DNA of 32,000 nucleotides from assembly GCF_003010495.1 (NCBI RefSeq), contig NZ_CP027570.1:1-32000 (forward strand). Direction: 5' to 3'. The notes under the pieces are model-generated. The model was given only the letters and a program-made list of their open reading frames with translations. It did no database searches and was not told where the DNA came from. The position numbers were made by a program, and so were the translations under genes. The stretch is from Megasphaera elsdenii DSM 20460. Its GTDB lineage: Bacteria; Bacillota; Negativicutes; Veillonellales; Megasphaeraceae. Below are positions 30,822-32,000 of the stretch, one piece after another; position 1 is the first letter of the stretch, and each line of letters starts with the position of its first letter.

Positions 30822-32000
30822 GTGAAAGAAGTCAAAGAAAAGAAAAAGCCGATTTTATTCTACTATATCGTCGCTTTGGCTGTCATTTTCATATTCAACG
30901 CCATTGCCCGGCCGTACTACGACTCGCAGAGCGTGAAACAGGTCGACTACGGGACGTTCATGAACATGACCGAAGACGAACAGATTGCCGACGTCCAGAT
31001 TGAAGAAAACCAGATTCTCTTCAAGGACAAAGACGGCAAGGAATACCGCACGGGCGTCGTCAACGACCCGCAGCTGACGGAACGACTGCACAAGGCCAAG
31101 GTCTCCTTCAACGAAGTCATTAAGGAAAAGGATTCGCCCTTTACGGACTTCCTCATCGCCTGGATCCTGCCGATCCTGATTTTCTTCGGCATCGGCCACT
31201 ATTTCAACCGCAGGCTCATGAACCGCGGCGGCGGCAATTCGCTCATGTTCGGCGCCAAGAACCAGGTCAAGGTCTACGTCCCGTCGGCTAACGGCATCCA
31301 TTTCGATGACGTCGCCGGTGAAGATGAAGCCAAGGAAAACCTGTCGGAAATTGTCGATTTTCTCCACCATCCCGATAAATACGCCAAAATCGGGGCCAAG
31401 ATGCCCAAAGGCGTCCTCCTCGTCGGCCCGCCGGGCACCGGCAAGACCATGCTGGCCAAAGCCGTCGCTGGCGAAGCCGGTGTACCCTTCTTCCCCATTG
31501 CCGGTTCGGAATTCGTGGAAATGTTCGTCGGCATGGGGGCTTCCAAGGTCCGCGACCTCTTCCAGCAGGCCAAACAGAAAGCGCCGTGCATCATCTTCAT
31601 CGATGAAATCGACGCTATCGGTCAGAAGCGTACAGGCAATGCCATGGGCAACAGCGAACGGGAACAGACGCTGAACCAGCTGCTGACGGAAATGGACGGC
31701 TTCAACGCCGACGACAACGTCGTCATCCTGGCAGCGACGAACCGGCCGGAATCGCTGGACCCGGCCCTGCTGCGGCCAGGCCGTTTCGACCGCCGCGTCC
31801 CTGTCGAACTGCCGGACCTGGCAGGCCGTGAAGCCATCCTCCAGGCCCATGCCAAGAAAGTCGTCCTCGGCGACGACGTCGATTTCCACACCATCGCCCG
31901 CATGGCTGCCGGAGCTTCCGGGGCCGAACTGGCCAATATCGTCAACGAAGCGGCTCTGCGCGCTGTCCGCGACCACCGCGATGCCGTCAGCCAGGCTGAC
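30822..32000 (+). CDS. ftsH: ATP-dependent zinc metalloprotease FtsH, 5' end complete, 3' end runs off the right window edge
   Basis: Absent from the ORF track because it has no stop in the window. The GTG at 30822 is the first start after an in-frame TGA (30813-30815) and lies 11 nt after an AAAGGA SD. Translation gives (M)[22 protein letters not shown]..., Walker A GPPGTGKT, Walker [10 protein letters not shown] and second region of homology [20 protein letters not shown]. The 393 codons are in frame to position 32000. Confidence 0.95.
   Translation, partial: MKEVKEKKKPILFYYIVALAVIFIFNAIARPYYDSQSVKQVDYGTFMNMTEDEQIADVQIEENQILFKDKDGKEYRTGVVNDPQLTERLHKAKVSFNEVIKEKDSPFTDFLIAWILPILIFFGIGHYFNRRLMNRGGGNSLMFGAKNQVKVYVPSANGIHFDDVAGEDEAKENLSEIVDFLHHPDKYAKIGAKMPKGVLLVGPPGTGKTMLAKAVAGEAGVPFFPIAGSEFVEMFVGMGASKVRDLFQQAKQKAPCIIFIDEIDAIGQKRTGNAMGNSEREQTLNQLLTEMDGFNADDNVVILAATNRPESLDPALLRPGRFDRRVPVELPDLAGREAILQAHAKKVVLGDDVDFHTIARMAAGASGAELANIVNEAALRAVRDHRDAVSQAD

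Overview
This 32-kb chromosomal window reads like a diderm Firmicute (Negativicutes). A Megasphaera-like genome is my unverified best guess, based on a 484-aa monomeric [FeFe]-hydrogenase, an SLH-anchored OmpM-type porin, an ESPR-type trimeric autotransporter, Firmicute-type L27 plus Prp, and mid-50s % G+C.

Gene content:
- Two large genes are missing from the ORF track because they run off the window edges. One is a trimeric autotransporter adhesin of at least 2551 codons on the minus strand (7653 to 1). The other is ftsH on the plus strand (30822 to 32000).
- Between them lie a sigma-54 activator, a DUF362 Fe-S protein, tRNA-Ser(CGA), a Doc toxin-antitoxin pair, typA, an Isf-like flavoprotein and a CyuA/YhaM-like cysteine desulfidase.
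- These are followed by murB, a ylbF-like gene, trmL, a three-gene Cys-rich/MBL-fold operon, a DUF805 protein, a hypothetical gene plus a polysaccharide deacetylase, and rplU-prp-rpmA.
- The remainder is a cell-wall amidase, the OmpM-like porin, hydA and an ABC-F ATPase.
- I saw no transposase, integrase, CRISPR array or recognisable defence genes.

Most unusual observations:
1. A family of composite palindromic intergenic elements has five core-bearing copies plus partial copies. Each has terminator-like hairpins, 7-nt-periodic arms and a conserved GGATGGCTTTAAAT core, and I do not recognise it as a described family.
2. Two further small structured repeat families occur. One is a dual-hairpin module placed right after the hydA and ompM stop codons. 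The other is a conserved GGCTGTGATGAAATCTC-initiated structured module.
3. A G9 homopolymer separates an ATG from the rest of the sigma-54 activator reading frame. The activator gene sits next to the adhesin gene, which itself carries a sigma-54-like -24/-12 motif.
4. The adhesin contains an almost perfect 855-bp tandem array encoding collagen-like Gly-X-Y runs.

All calls rest on hand translation and motif recognition. No database search was possible.
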